A stretch of DNA of 64,000 nucleotides, taken from the human T2T-CHM13v2.0 reference genome, Homo sapiens. This document shows positions 43,792-58,280 of this stretch, one piece after another; position 1 is the first letter of the stretch; every line of letters begins with the position of its first letter. The translations under genes and the position numbers were made by a program. Below the pieces are notes generated by a model. The model saw only the letters and a program-made list of their open reading frames with translations. It made no database searches and was not told where the DNA came from. The DNA lies in assembly GCF_009914755.1 (NCBI RefSeq), contig NC_060925.1; one strand, written 5' to 3'.

Positions 43792-44979
43792 TATTGTAGA
43801 AGTAAACTGGTAAAATTTAGGAGCTGATTACATGGGAAAGGGGTAGAAAGAAGGGAGAGAAACTAAGAAGATACAGACATGGATCAAGAATCTTATTGTC
43901 TGAGAGATGAAAGTTATGTCTGTGAATATTTATCATCATTTTACAGAGTGTATTTTCTTAATAAATGAGAAAGAGCTCCAATTACTTTTCTATTCCAAAG
44001 TTTATATTCAGTTCCACCACTCGAATTACAAGCACGGAAAAGATTTAACCATATATGCAATTTCTGTATTCATGTATGAGAAAACCTGCTGAAGTGCTTT
44101 TAAATAAGACTCAAGAAAATGCTTCTGGCCAATAAGCCATTTAAAAAATGTATTCTGGTTAGTTGGAGAAACATCCATGTGCTCATATTTTGGAGTTAAA
44201 GGAGCCCCATACTGTTTTACTGAAACTTGTTCTTCAGTATATTATCAGAAAGCATGATGCAATTCTGTAGGTTTGCCGATCTGAAGAAGGTAAAGGAGTG
44301 AAATAAATACTCCTAACTACAGCTCCAAGTTTGTAATCCAATTTCTTTGAGTCCTCAGATATATTCTTAACAAAAATATAACAAAAAAATAGGATAACAA
44401 CAGAAATTAATTTTCTCATTTAATCAGCTTCTTTGTTAATTCAACCATAAATTATGTGTTAGAGAAGTCTAATCACATTGTATATGAATTTTGCATAATT
44501 TGCATTAATTACAACCTAAGATGTAAGTGCATTATATGGTATTGAATGTATTTTTAGTTTATCTCATAAAAAAGTTATAACTACTTATAGTAGACATTAC
44601 TTCTTTTTTTCTCCAAACACATGAAAGAAGAAAAAAGAAGAAAGACAAAATCCTACTGATTAGGTGTCTTTTGAAAGAAGATAATCTTGTTAATTCTACT
44701 AGTTTTTGAATCCCTGTTGAAGCAACCCCTCCCAGACTCTTTCACAAGTATTTCCCTATATCTAGTTTCCCTTTCGGCCTGGAAGAGAGAACATCCACAA
44801 ACCAGGTGCCTTACTTATTGCAAACCTGTAGCTAAGGTGCTTGTGGGTTAGGTTTACTATGCCAAGTTCTGACTTCTGTTCTTTAGATGCTCAGATGACT
44901 TATAGTGAATGCGGTTCCTGTTCATTCTCATTTTATACTCACAGAGCCCATTCTCAACCATCTTGAAAGGGGAGTTATA

Positions 44980-45422
44980 ATTCACAATAGCAAAGACATG
45001 GAATCAACCTAACTGCCCATCAGTGACAAACTGGATAAAGAAAATATGGTACATATATACCATGGCATACTATGCAGTCATAAAAAAGAATGAGATCATG
45101 TCTTCTGTGGGAACATGGATGGAACTGGAGGCTATTATACTTAGAAAACTAACACAGGAACAGAAAACCAAATACTGCATGTTTTCACTTTTAAGTGGGA
45201 GCTAAATGATGAGAACCCCTGAACACAAAGAAATGAACAACAGACCCCGGGGTCTACTTGAGGATGGAGGGTGGGAGGAGGGACAGGATCAGAAAAAATA
45301 ACTATTGGGTGCTGGGCTTAGTACCTGGGTGATGACATAATCTGTACAATAAACCCATGTGACACGAGTTTACCTATTTAACAAACCTGTACATGTACCC
45401 CTAAACGTAAAATTTTTTTTAA
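44980..45422 (+). mobile_element. 5'-truncated L1PA15/16-like element
   Basis: ORF2 end and 3'UTR (gtgggagctaaatgatgagaac..acaaacctgtacatgtacccct); TSD aaag(g/t)ggagttataa. Confidence 0.92.
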
Positions 45423-45539
45423 AAAGTGGAGTTATAAAGGAGAATGAGGAAGTCTCCATAAGCCAATATGACAGGTTGTTGAAGATAGTTCTCTAGACCG
45501 GGAGGAAAAGTTACTATTGTGGCTAAAGACCCCAGAAAC

Positions 45540-46400
45540 CTTTCACTCGCTTAACAGACCTTTACTATATGCCTACAGTAATTAAGCTGAGCACTGGGGA
45601 TTCTAAAATCAATAAACAAAAAGAAATCTCTATCTTCAAAAAAATATCAGTCTGGTAGAGAAGGGAGAATGTAATAAAATAATTTCAATATTGTGCTGTA
45701 AGTGCTTTAATAAAGATACATGAAAAAAACAGTAATTGGTACAAAGGAGAGAGGGCAACTTTGTCTAATAGGGAGAGGACAACTAGGGAAGGAAGAGGAG
45801 ACACAGAGTTGGATTCAAAAGGTAAAAGGTAACCTCAACCCAGAGGAAGTGCCAATGGGATTTCAGGTAGAGGGAAAAGCATGTTCAAAGACAAGGACCA
45901 TTGCTTGGCATGTGCAGAGGACTTTGCATGTAAGTAATTATGCTTGGCATATAAACAGTTCCTAGGGGTAGCAGGGATGAGATTGAATAGGAAGGGACGG
46001 GTCATTTTGTGAAGCAACCAACTTTTCTGTCTATAGATCAGGTGCTGTGCTTGATATTTAATTTTCACAGACCTGAGGTAGCAATATTTATTATCCCAAA
46101 TTTACAGATGAGGAAACTGAGATACATCTGGGAATAAACAGCATCAGAATCTAAACTTGTAGAGTCTGATGCTGGAGCCTTGTCTCTTAATTATTACAAG
46201 GGAGTTCAGGCTTTATCTGTAGGCTATGGGGAAGAGTTTCAAAGAGAGGAATGTTACGATTAGGGTAGGTTTTAGTAAGATCCCTAAAACCACAGTGTGG
46301 GGAGTGAATTAGATAAGGGTGTCTAGAGGCAGGAAACCACTTAGGAGACCAGTGTTAATAAGCAGGCAAGAAATGAAGACGTAAATTACTGCAGTAGGCA
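45540..46400 (-). mobile_element. L2 fragment with a MIR at ~46050-46195
   Basis: ttcaggtagagggaaaagcatgttcaaagac..ggcaggaaaccacttaggag; MIR core tttacagatgaggaaactgag. Confidence 0.65.
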
Positions 46401-48479
46401 TGGTTTCTCCATCACAGTGAAGCTATTTGCCCAAGGTGCCGTAGCCAGCTAAATTGGGTCTAGAAGGCAGGGCCCTAGACTCCACATCACCAAGCTGCAT
46501 CATTCATAATCCTGTTGAACATGGAATAAAGAGAAAAGACCCTCTCTCCTAATCTTCAGCTGGGACCCAGGGCCACAGAACTTAGAGTTGGAAGAAAACT
46601 TGGGACGATTTAATATATCTGTCATTTCTAGTCAGGGATTTCTTGCGGAACATTGCTGTTGGATGATGGTCCATCCTCTGCCTGAATTCATCATTAAAAA
46701 TTTCTTTGAAATTATTAACAACATTTACTCAATAAACATTTATTGAATATCTACTGTGGTTAAGGCACTGTGTTTTATTCTGTGGATGCAACGAACAAAA
46801 GCTAACAGGATCCTTTAAGAACATACAATCTAACATTAGGACTCATTTCCCTGTAACATCCACCTATTGTCACTAGGTCTGTTTCCTAGGATCACACAGA
46901 GTGAGCTTCTTCTCTTATGCACAGCAGTATTTCAAATAGTAAAAGTTCAGTGCTCAGGTATTTCATTTTTCTCTTTTCAAAGCTAAACATTCAGTTTTTT
47001 CAACAGTTTTTTATATAAGGCAGTCAAAGCTGCCAATGGTTACTCAGTTTTCAATGAAGAAATTGCTGAAAATTATTCAAAAGCACAGCATCTCTCACCA
47101 TTAAAAGAGACTAACACTGGCACAGAAATCAAATCAGTCATAATCAGAAAAATTGCAGATGTTGTTGGCTTTGAGGTTCTGATCACCAGGAATAGGCTCC
47201 ATATTAGAATTCAAAGCATAAAGTAAATTTAAAATAAAAATGCTTGATAGATTTGCATTTATACTCAATATTAAAACAAAGTTATTAGTAAATTTTAATA
47301 GCCAGAGGACTGTGGTTTAAAATAGTATTTGAAAAGTGGTTGGAGGAAGCTTCTCTCAATCCTCTCATAAAGGCAGAAAAAAAACTCATAAAAATATACC
47401 AATAATCAGTATCAAGGTAGTAACAAAAAGTATTTAAGATTTTCACATTAACTATAACCATTGAGTTATTTTAAAATATAATGTTCCAACAGTGTGATGC
47501 CTTTCTAAGAAAGGCATGATTCTAAGAAAGATGCTTCTTCTGGCCTTCTTAGCTATCTCCTCTTTGATTCTGAAATTTCCGACCTGTATCAACTTGAAAA
47601 CTGGGCAGACAAACCTCTCCTAAACTGGACCCATTTTTGAAAGAGAAAAGTAGAACTCAGAATGCCATTTCTAACCTTCCATGTCAGAATTCTCTTTTTA
47701 AACCCTCTCCAAATCATAACCCCCAGAATGAAAAAGACAAACAAAATTGGAATCAGGAAGAAAAACAAAATATTAATGGCAATGTGATGAATTCTGCGAG
47801 GCCCCATTTTCACAAATGAAATTATAAAATTGGCAGAGATGATAGACAAAGAAACGAGGGATCCTGTAGCAGCAAATCCTGAGCACTGCTCCTCATCTAC
47901 ACTTCATCTTATCAGAGTATCAGAGACCCTTCTGCCTTGAGGAGGGAGGAGAAGAAAGAGCCTGTCTCAGTTCAGCATTTCACAAACATGTGGTAGACTG
48001 GAGAATTGGACTAAGAACTGTGTGCACCAACCTGTCATCTAGATACAGATCTGTTAGAGAAATCTGACCAGCATGGCAGTGGACAGAAATTGGGTTCAAG
48101 AGCCATTCACATATTACATTTGTTAGCAAAAACTAGGTCTGAATAGATCTCTTCTGTTAAAGGATGATTACATAGGCAAACAGAATCAATGTGGGGAGTG
48201 AAAAAGTGCTATAGAACAAGGAAACAGGAATGATGTATTCAGAAGACTTCTGAAAATTATCTGCTGCTAGATCTCTATTAGAAGTAATTTTGGAAAATCC
48301 ATTTGGCATTCTCAATGTATACAGAAAGATATGATCTCCATGAAAGGGAAGCCAAAAGCCAGAAGAAGAGAGGATGGACGGAGGTGAACTTAAAATGTAA
48401 CCGTAAAATGAAAGTCTGCATTGGAAGTGGTAAAAGAACAGAACTGACACTGGGAACAATGGAATTTGTGATGAAGAGC

Positions 48480-48790
48480 AGAGATGTGAAAACTCCCAGA
48501 GGGAGAAAAATAATACAAGCAGGTTAAACTCCCAAGAAAGAAAGTAAGAAAGAGAAAGAAGATGGAGGACAGTAGAGAAAAATCCAGCCTAAGGATTACA
48601 GGATTGTCCAAGGAGCCAATGAGAAGAATTAAAACAGAAGCAATAATCAAAGATATAATTGAAGAAAACTTTGCTGAGAGAAAAACAAAGAGCAAAATGA
48701 CAGCCAATTTGGGCCTATGAATGAGAAAAACTTGCTGTACTTTAGGTGAAATCAATAACAACAGACTCACATCTATGTAGAGCCTGAAAA
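48480..48790 (+). mobile_element. Ancient L1 ORF1/HAL1 remnant
   Basis: From 48583 in frame: SSLRITGLSKE...EAIIKDIIEENFAE, resembling the ORF1p RRM motifs NLRxIG.PE and EIIxENFP. Confidence 0.7.
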
Positions 48791-50784
48791 GAAAGGTGGT
48801 TTATCTTGCCTCCTTAATAAATTGCAGCAAATATTTTGGTGTTTGTGTGTGTGCTCCCCTTCCAGTAATACATTTCATATGTAAGTATATTTACATACAT
48901 TTATTTGTAGCACATATGTATACATACTATATATATTCTTTTGTAATTTTTTCCTCAATGTGTCATGAACATTTTCTGGTGGTGTTAAGTATTCTAAAAC
49001 ATTTCTATAGTAGTCCATTGTATCATGAACTATTTAACTAATGCTTTGCTGTTGCTCATTTAAATTTTTTTTATAATTATAAACAGAACTGTATTATAAA
49101 CTTTACTATAAACACCCATATCTCTGTTTACTCCTGTAAGGCAAATAGGTCAAACTTAAATTATTGAATGTGTGATAGCAACAGGTAAATGTGCAAGGAC
49201 TCAAAAAATATGCCATTCAGGTACTCCTATTTGAGAAAAAAAAAAAATCGTGAATGAGTAACTTTTACTAACTTCCAAATTCATTAAATATAAAGCTCAG
49301 AAATAAGAAGCTTTGGTTTAAAACAAAAGGTATTTACTCTTGCATTCTAGGACTCTATCATAAGCAAATAATCCAAAATTTGGACAATGATTTATACATT
49401 ATAAAAACCATGTTAGGATTATTTAGCATAATGTTGAAAACAATATAAATATCTAACAGAGTTGGAATTAAGTGACGTATTAAATTATGCATTATTCGTG
49501 TTTCCAAACCTTTTTAATGACATATTAAAATATGATATAAAATCAACTCATGAAAAAGCTGAACAAGATTAAAATTTAGAGAGTGCAATGTATCTAAGTA
49601 AAAGAAAACCAAAATTGATGTTTAAAGACCAGAAAAAGGCCAAAATCTTTTGCCTCTGAAGAGTGGAATTTGAATGATTTTCTTTCTTTATAGTTATTTT
49701 GAATTTTAAAATTTAAATAATGAGTATTACTTTTATAATCAAAAGAGAAACATGTGAGTCAAAAAGTTTTGATGAAAACCTTTAACTGATCAAAGTGATA
49801 ATAATCAGTTTTAAAAATTATAAACTTAATTTTTCTAAATTACTCATGAACCTATTATCAAAATAAACTATTTTACATTGTGTTCTCTTTCAATCAATCT
49901 GTGAATGGTTTCAACACTTATGACATAATTTATCTATAATTTTAAACTCCATGTTTTTCACTTAATTTTATTTCATAAACACTATGCATATTTTTACTTG
50001 GAAAGGTATCACCAATACTCAAAGCATTTGAAATATTATTGTTATGATGGAAAACCATCCTATCATATATGTATGCTACAATTTATATAACCATTCTCCT
50101 ATTGTGGGGTATTAGATGTTTGCAGTTTGTCATGGTGACAAATGCCACACCTTTGCACTCAGCTCTGTTCTTATTTTTTATAATTTCCTTGGGATATTCT
50201 CCAAAATTGTAAGTATTGTGTATAAGAGTATGCATGAGCATTTTTATGGCTTTTGGTATGTGTGGCCAGATTGCCCTCTGAAATACATGGGGTCTTTGTA
50301 TTCTTAATATTCTCTTATGAAAAAATAAACCAAAGTAAAAACTCATTGGATTTCTTGGACATTAAACTAGAAGAGACCTTGGAGATCACCATCTAGCAAA
50401 ACCTTAAATTTACAGAGGAAGAAACAGACTTAGAACAGTCACCAGATCCACGATCCAAAGCAAATTACATAGAACAAAGATTAAACTTAGATCCCCTTGA
50501 CTACTGAGCCAATGCTGTTCTCATGCCACTCTGCCCACATATCCTCTCTCCTCTTTCTCATTCTTCTTCCTGGAGCTAGCGTTGAGGAGAAGAAAACTAT
50601 TTTAGTTTAAGGCATCAAGGGAAGTGGAATTTGTTTCAGCATTTGATCAAATTCTTGTTCTGCCATGAGTAACTCTCACTGTGTTGCTTAATATTCCTGG
50701 CCCTCAGTTTTCTAATCTGTAAGACAGGGATCCTAACACTATACCCACCTTACAGTGGTGTTGCAAAGATAAGGGATAATATTT

Positions 50785-51050
50785 GTGGGGCTACCACTAG
50801 CTCATCGGGCACTTTTGTAAGGATTAGAAAAAGGCCCTCCTTCCAGAAAAGTGCAAAGGCTAGAGAGCACCATTAGTTGAGCAAACAAACCATTAGTTGT
50901 GACACTTAGAAAAAGATGTTCCTTCCTCCAGAGGATGTAGCTCATTCAGGGCACACAGTATGGTGAGCATAACACAGGATGAATTTCAGCCCTCATTCGT
51001 CCCCATCCCCTTGTTTGGGAGCTTTCATGTGCATGGAAATATAATATGGT
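50785..51050. mobile_element. Probable MER91-like hAT-Tip100 remnant
   Basis: Two ttagaaaaag(g/a)..ccttcc motifs. Confidence 0.35.
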
Positions 51051-51644
51051 AAAACCTAATCCATAGGTGCCTTTGCTCTTATTATTATTCTTATTTGGAG
51101 GGAGAAGACCATTTCCACTGGACACTCAACCCATCCATCCTAGCCACACAGAAATGAAGGCAAAGAGCACTTCCTGGCAAGCAAGAGTTAAACAGAAGAC
51201 TGAATCCTCTTGCTGTGAAGACCATCAAGGCCAAATGTGAGCTCTGACCTTCATTAATTCAAGTGTTATGCTTTTGCAATGGGACTGTAGTTTGCCTGAT
51301 GCATCTGCTCTTCCTAATTTGGCCTGTTTGGATAACAAAGCTCCGAGTGATCATCTAAACCTCATTTGATGCACCTGTGAACAATTCATTATATTAATAT
51401 AACAGCAGGGGAGGAGTAGAGACACTAATAAATAGATTTTAGCTGCCAGGACTCCTTGTCACAGCTACAGAGGCCCCTTCATTCTCTCTGCATAGGTACA
51501 TTCGCCAGCCCTCGGCCACAATAAGGAAGGTCCTGCAGACCCCAGGACCAGGGTACCTCAAACTGCCAGTTCCCACATGTGGCCAGAATTAAGCCATCCA
51601 TTAGGTGTCTCTCCTCAAACTCTGCACAAATGTACCTTATCTGA

Positions 51645-51813
51645 TTTTTTTAAATTTAATTTTAAGTTCCGGGATACATGTGCAGGATGTGCAGGTTTGT
51701 TACATAGGTAAACGTGTGCCATGGTGGTTTGCTGTACCTGTCAACCCATCACCTAAGTATTAAGCCCCGCATGCATTAGCTATTTATCCTGATGCTCTCC
51801 TTCCTTCCCCTGC
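51645..51813 (-). mobile_element. Very short 5'-truncated L1PA (PA8-10-like) 3' end
   Basis: gatacatgtgcaggatgtgcaggtttgttacataggtaaacgtgtgccatggtgg; TSD ccttatctgattt (51635-51647, 51814-51826). Confidence 0.93.
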
Positions 51814-52625
51814 CCTTATCTGATTTGAGAAATTTGTTCTCAGGTAGAAATAGAGTACAAGTGCTGCTAACTAAGGAAGCTTTGAACAGTATTTGGCAAC
51901 TCTCCTCATGGCTGACTCTCCATTTATCAAAGCAGATCTGTACCACAGCAACACACAGAGTTATTGGTCAACGTCTTTATTTTGTTGACTCTCAGCACTT
52001 CTGCACTGGTCTAATGTTGGGGAGAATTTTCCCTCTTCCATCACTTCAGAAGATACAAACATACATTTGGTGATGCTCCGTTTTAATGCTCCTTCAGAAA
52101 CATGGGTTGTTTTTCTATTTTCCCTCAAACATAAACCCACTCCACTTTAAACTAAAATATGTAGTTCTAGAAACTGAAAGCAATCCTCAGATGTTCTGAC
52201 ATGGCATTACACCCCTCCTCCCTCCATCTGACCCCTAGTATCTGATGCCTGACTTTCTCATCAGCCCCTTCTCCACACTTCCTGTCTTGCACATTATGTT
52301 CTACTAGGAAAAAGGAAACTAATCTGTTTCTGGAAAACATCATGCTATTTGCTGACCCTGTGTGTTTGCCCAGGCTGCGCCCTCTGTCAGGAATGCCCCC
52401 AACTGCTCAATTTGTCTTGTTACCTCTTACTCATCTTTTCACTTTCTGCTGAAGGCTGGACTAATTATCCCTCATTCATGCCCCTGTGCATACCTCTATC
52501 ATTGCTCCAGTTCTCTTCTGTCGTAATTATCTGTTAGGTTTCTATCTTCCTCCCTGAGTGTGAGCTCCACAAATGCAGGGTCTTGTCTTAATAATATAAT
52601 ATTTATATCCTCAGTGAATGAATGA

Positions 52626-53003
<378 letters not shown>

Positions 53004-53314
53004 AGATATAGTCTTGTATAGTGTAAGTGTAAAAGGAATGGCCCAAGATCAGACTTCCCTGCCTATTTTTGGCTGTGTGAGTTTACAGAAGTCATGTCAC
53101 CTCTCTAGGCCTTTGTTTTTTAAATCCATAAAAAATATTGAAAGAATCAGTGGTTTTTAAACTATGTTCTTTGGAGTTCTAGGTGTTCTTGTGGAGTGAG
53201 GGGTACCCACAAATGAAGTGCATAAAACACAGAACTCCAGTACTTTCTTTCCTTAGATATAGCTTTAAGGAATGAATTCTATATCTTCAAACATTGACCT
53301 AAGAAAATAGCTAA

Positions 53315-53490
53315 CAACTACTGACAACTGCCAGGTGCTTTGCATGTATTAACTCATTTTTCTTCTTACAACAACCCTATGAGAGGGTCGTACTGCTCCC
53401 ATTTTTTAAATGAAGAAACAGAAGCACAGAGAAGTTAACATGCACATGGACACACAGCTCTCGGGAGTGATGGTGCTAAGATTTGAACTT
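53315..53490 (-). mobile_element. MIR
   Basis: ttaactcattt..caacaaccctatgaga..cccatttttt..atgaagaaacagaagcacagagaagttaa. Confidence 0.75.
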
Positions 53491-56400
53491 AAGAGTTTTT
53501 CAGGTCTAATATTTGGTGGTTTATTATTGAGTGAAGGATCTAGCATGTAAATAAGAAGAAAACTAATATATAATGTAGTGCTTGCAGAGCACTAATCCAG
53601 GGATGTAAATAGGATGGCCTAACAACAGAGTTCAGAGGAGGCTGTAGTCAGTCTGGCTTGGCATACTCAAGGAAGGCTCTTTGAAGGAGGTAAAACTTAA
53701 GAAGAACCCCCAAACAAGAATGAGATCAAGATAAATAGATTAGTAGGGAAGTACCATTAGATCTACAAGAAAAGAAATATAACAATATAATATATAAAAT
53801 GAATGTGTTTAGCAAACATAAAGGTAGCAAGGGCTTCATATTTTACCTTTAAAAAGCATCTATTCCCTCTTGTCATGGCATACACAGGACCTAGTCAGGG
53901 TCTGAGGTACCAACTGTACCACTTACCAACTGTTCTACCCTGGACAGCTTCAGTGGCTTTGTGGAGCCTCAATCTCCCATGTGGAACAGGATTAATGATA
54001 GTGGATTGTATATGATAGACTGCAAGGTTTAGAGCGAAGTGCAAAGCCACCAAGGTTATTGCTATGTTTGGAAATATTTAAAATATTTTTGAAAATATCC
54101 ATATTATAAAAGGTATGTACATATAATTCTTGAAATCACAATATAATAAGGATTTACATTTTGAGGGGTCTTATGTTTTTTATTATGTAGCAGAGTTTAG
54201 CTGTACATTTTGCCATGAGGGAGGCATAAGGAAGAAATTCAATGCTCAAAATATATTCCCTAAGGCAAAAGGGAAGATCCCTAGGATGAGTGTGCTTTTT
54301 ACTGCCCTGCTGTTCCAAGCTTTTGGCAGCCTGGGGCAACAGAATCTTTCATCCACCCTTGCACAGTTTCTTCGTGACAGAATTAAAGAGCGACTCTTCT
54401 TTGAATTTTCTGCAGCACTTAGCTCATTAGTAAGATTCGACAGGATTCTATTGGATTCTATTGTATTCCACTCCACTCTACTGCATACTCTTCTGTTTTT
54501 TCCCATGCTCTTCTGCTCATTCATTCATTCATTCATTCATGAAACATTTCTTGAGAAACTATTTGGTGTCAGGCACTACAATATGTGAGTGCACACAGAC
54601 ATAAATAAGACACGGCACTTGTCTACAAAGAGCTGATAATTTGAAGTCGTACACAAACCTATCAACAACAAATATTTGCTACATCTGGACATTGGAGACC
54701 TTCTTGTGTACAACATAGGCTATGTTCTAGCTGCAAAGAGGGCCTGGTGTATGAAATTGGGAGAAAACATCAGGAAGCTAAACCATATTAATCTTGATTT
54801 TTTTCTTCGATCCTCAATAAATGAATAAATACTTTCTAACATTTCATGAGTACTTACTAATAAATACTGAACTAAATGCTCTACATGGATTTTCAAATTA
54901 ATCCTTAAAGAACTATCATGTAAGTTTTATCATCATTCCTATTTTAGAGATGAGAAAATCAAGGCTTAAGGAAATTATGCCACTCACCCAAAGTCATTTG
55001 TAATGCCCTCTTTCACTTGGGAATCTTTTTTATAGGATGGTCTCTCTGCTTAGAAAACGATGCCTCCTTATTCTTTATTGCCACCTCCACCAGTTACCTG
55101 AGTAACTCCTAACTCCCACCTATCCATCCAGTTTCCATTTAAAAATCGCTTTCTCAAAATAGCTGTCTTTGATTTCCTACTACACTACCTCTCACAGCGC
55201 ATGTACTTCACAATCTTGGTTTATCATCATGTACTGGAATTGCTTATAGAATCTTCCTCTCCTACACCAGGCATAATCTTCATGAGGCACATCTTCTCTT
55301 GGGTTTGTTTCATTCATTAGTGTAATCTAAGAGGCCAGCAAAGAGCTTGGCACACAGAAGGATTAAATAAGTATTTCTCAAATGAAAGAAGGGGGAAAAG
55401 GTATATTAAACACTTCAAGCAGCCATCAAATTCAAAAGATCTCCAAGCACTTAATAAGAAATTCTTCCTGGAGTCTTATCATACTGTTTCCACAGATGGG
55501 AAAAAGACAGTCGATTGGTGAATTGCACTAGTTATCTTAGGCAGGTTGACATTTGTTGTACTGCAGGGAATTTCTCTTAGCACAATATTTCCTGGGAGGA
55601 GCAGGTAAATATTGAGACAAGATACACATCAAGTTTTTTTTTTTTTTCTGTGAACCACTGTACAATAATCAATTCCAGAGATAACAAAGGCGTTTGTTAA
55701 CAGCTCCATCTCCTTTTTCAAAGCTCAGTTTTCAGTCTGGCAACGTTACAAAGCTCAAGAAAAGAAGTGTTGTTAGCAGATGCCAACCACTTGTCAGAGG
55801 AAAAATCCAGAAGGCACTATGCAATACCTCAGCTTTTTAACATACAGATAGGCTTCCTGTCCTCTAGTTCATCAAAATTCCTGATGGAGTAGCTGTAGAA
55901 ATGGAGAGTGAGGGTTTTACAAGCAGATTAAATACGGAAAAATTCAGCCCAGCAGTCAAAGCTACTTGCACAGTTCCTCTGGTTTATGGGTTACACTTCT
56001 GCAAACAAGAGTTCATGGCTGGGGACAGTTTTCCCTGTATCAGAGTACTCTGCACACTAAATCTATTATATTCTTAATGTAGTTTGGTCATCTGTGCTAG
56101 ATTTTTCAGGGCAAAAACTTTGTTTGATTTTCCACCTTTGCCTTCTGTGGTAGCACATACAATGTGCCCAGTGCATATTCCCTGAACAAATGAATGAATG
56201 AATGAATGACATGAATGAACATCAGTGAGTGAAGCTAATGCAGCCCCTACTTGAAAGAGCTAAATAAATTATTCTTGGATGACTTTCTGTAGAATTTCTA
56301 TTACATATTTTTGGAACTTGCTTGTGCAAACAGATTAATATAGTTTGAAATTCTTTTCAAAAGATGACATCAGAATTGGGGATGGATTTTTATTTTTACT

Positions 56401-57266
56401 CTTTCTTAAGAAGATGCATTTTGTTTTGTGTCAAAACTGGTATAATGAGGTCCAGTTGCCTCCATATCCCACTAGCACACCAGGAGGAGCTTAATCTGTA
56501 TGTATGAAGAACAGATGAATGAATGAATGAATGAGTGAATCTTTCTGTTATCTAGGATTCCCTATTCAGTATCTGAGTGAACAGAGAAAAAACTGAATGT
56601 AAAGACCAGGTTGAAACAAGCACACATCATACTTTGTATCTTCTACAGGACTGATTACTCCTGATTCAATAGCTTCATTGAGTTTCAATGTTTTATATGC
56701 CAGCTGACATCATGATGCACTAAGTTCTGTTCTTGGAGGTTGATGAAACACTGTCAAAGTCTTACCTAAATGCTCTCTTTAATAGCTAGGAGGATGCAAG
56801 ACCCTGGTTAAGAAGGAAGCCCAGCCATTTGTCCTTGGTCTCCTGGTATACTGATTGCATTACCAACTTTCAGAGCCACTATCAAGAGAATTTGACTGTA
56901 CAGTCACCTCTAACTCACGAATTATGGGACATTAAGCCAGAAAGAATATCTCAACCCTCCCATATTTGTTCAGACCATTAAACTATCTTATATAGAGAGC
57001 ATATTGGAATTTGTAATTTCTGTAGCCACATCAAATAAATAGGACTCATTTTCTCAACATATACTGACTAGAGTATTTCTTCTTCAATGTCTTCCAGTCT
57101 CCCTATTTCCCAAATGATTGACCATTTTCCTTTTTTAGAATTAGGAAACTTTGGAGAAAAAAAAATCTAAATTCAAATGATTGTTCTGCTATTAAGTGTG
57201 AGACTGTGAGAAAATAACGTAACCCCTCTGAGCCTCATCTATTAATTGCCAAACCTAGATAAATAC

Positions 57267-57866
57267 GTATTAGTTTTCAATTGCTGCATAAGAAATTATC
57301 ACAAATTCACCAGCTTAAAACAACATCTATTTATTCTCCCACAGTTCTGCAAGTTAGAAGTCTGAGCAGACCAGACTAAAGTATCTGCTTAGAGTCTCAC
57401 AAGGCTGAAGTCAAGATGTTGACGGGGCTGGGCTCTTAACTGGAGGCCCTGGGGAAGAATCAGCTTCCAAACCTATTCAGATGGTTGGCACAATTCAGTT
57501 CCATGCAGTTGTAGGAGTGAGGTCCTGTTTCCTTGCTGGTTGTCAGCCAGGGACTACTGTCAACCCCTAATGCTACCTGCATCCCTTCTCACATGACCCT
57601 CTCCACCTTCAAGTCAACAGCAGGTGCATCAACTCCTTCTCACACTTGAAATCTCTCCAACTTTTTGTTCTGCCACAAGCCAGGGAAAATTCTGTGTTTA
57701 AAAGGCTTGTGTGATTAGATGAGACCCACCCAGATAATCTCCATTTTGACACATAATGTGACATAATCACAAGAGCGATAGCTTATCTTGTTCACAGTTT
57801 CCACCCATGCACAAAGGGGAGGAAATTATACAAAGGTAAGAATCAGTCGTAGAATTCTGACTACCC
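57267..57866 (-). mobile_element. MLT1E-like solo LTR
   Basis: gtattagttttc..ttgctgcataa..cagcttaaaacaaca..tctcacaaggctgaagtcaag..agaattctgactacc. Confidence 0.82.
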
Positions 57867-57867
57867 A

Positions 57868-58280
57868 GGGTATCAAATTCACTGAGGAGCCTTTAAAGAT
57901 ACTGATTTCTCTGTCTCTACCCTAGGCCCTCTGAATCAGAATCTCTAGAGTGGGTCCTAAGGATTTGTATATTTTAAAACACCTTCAGATAATCTGAATG
58001 TAACCAGTCTATGAATCTAAGATGAAAAACATTGATTTGATGTTTTGAAGAGCCTTATACAATGCTTAATATATAATATGAGTTCAATGAGTGTCATTTT
58101 TCTGTCCTTGTTTCCTTCAGTACCTTACTACTCAACTGAGGTCCACAGGCCAGCAGTATTATCACCACTTAGGAGGATATTAGGAATAGGAAATCTCAAC
58201 TACTATCCCCTAAAGTCAGAATTTGTATTGCAACAAGATCTCCAGGTCATTTGTAACATTAAAGTTTGATAAGCACTACC
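57868..58280. mobile_element. MER5A/B (hAT-Charlie) fragments
   Basis: ctgaatcagaatctctag..; tcagaatttgtattgcaacaagatctccaggtcatttgtaacattaaagtttgataagcact. Confidence 0.65.

Noticed and set aside
54130-54588. 152-aa ORF
   Set aside because: Non-ATG start; runs through a degenerate (ATTCT)n tract and an L2 (TTCA)n tail
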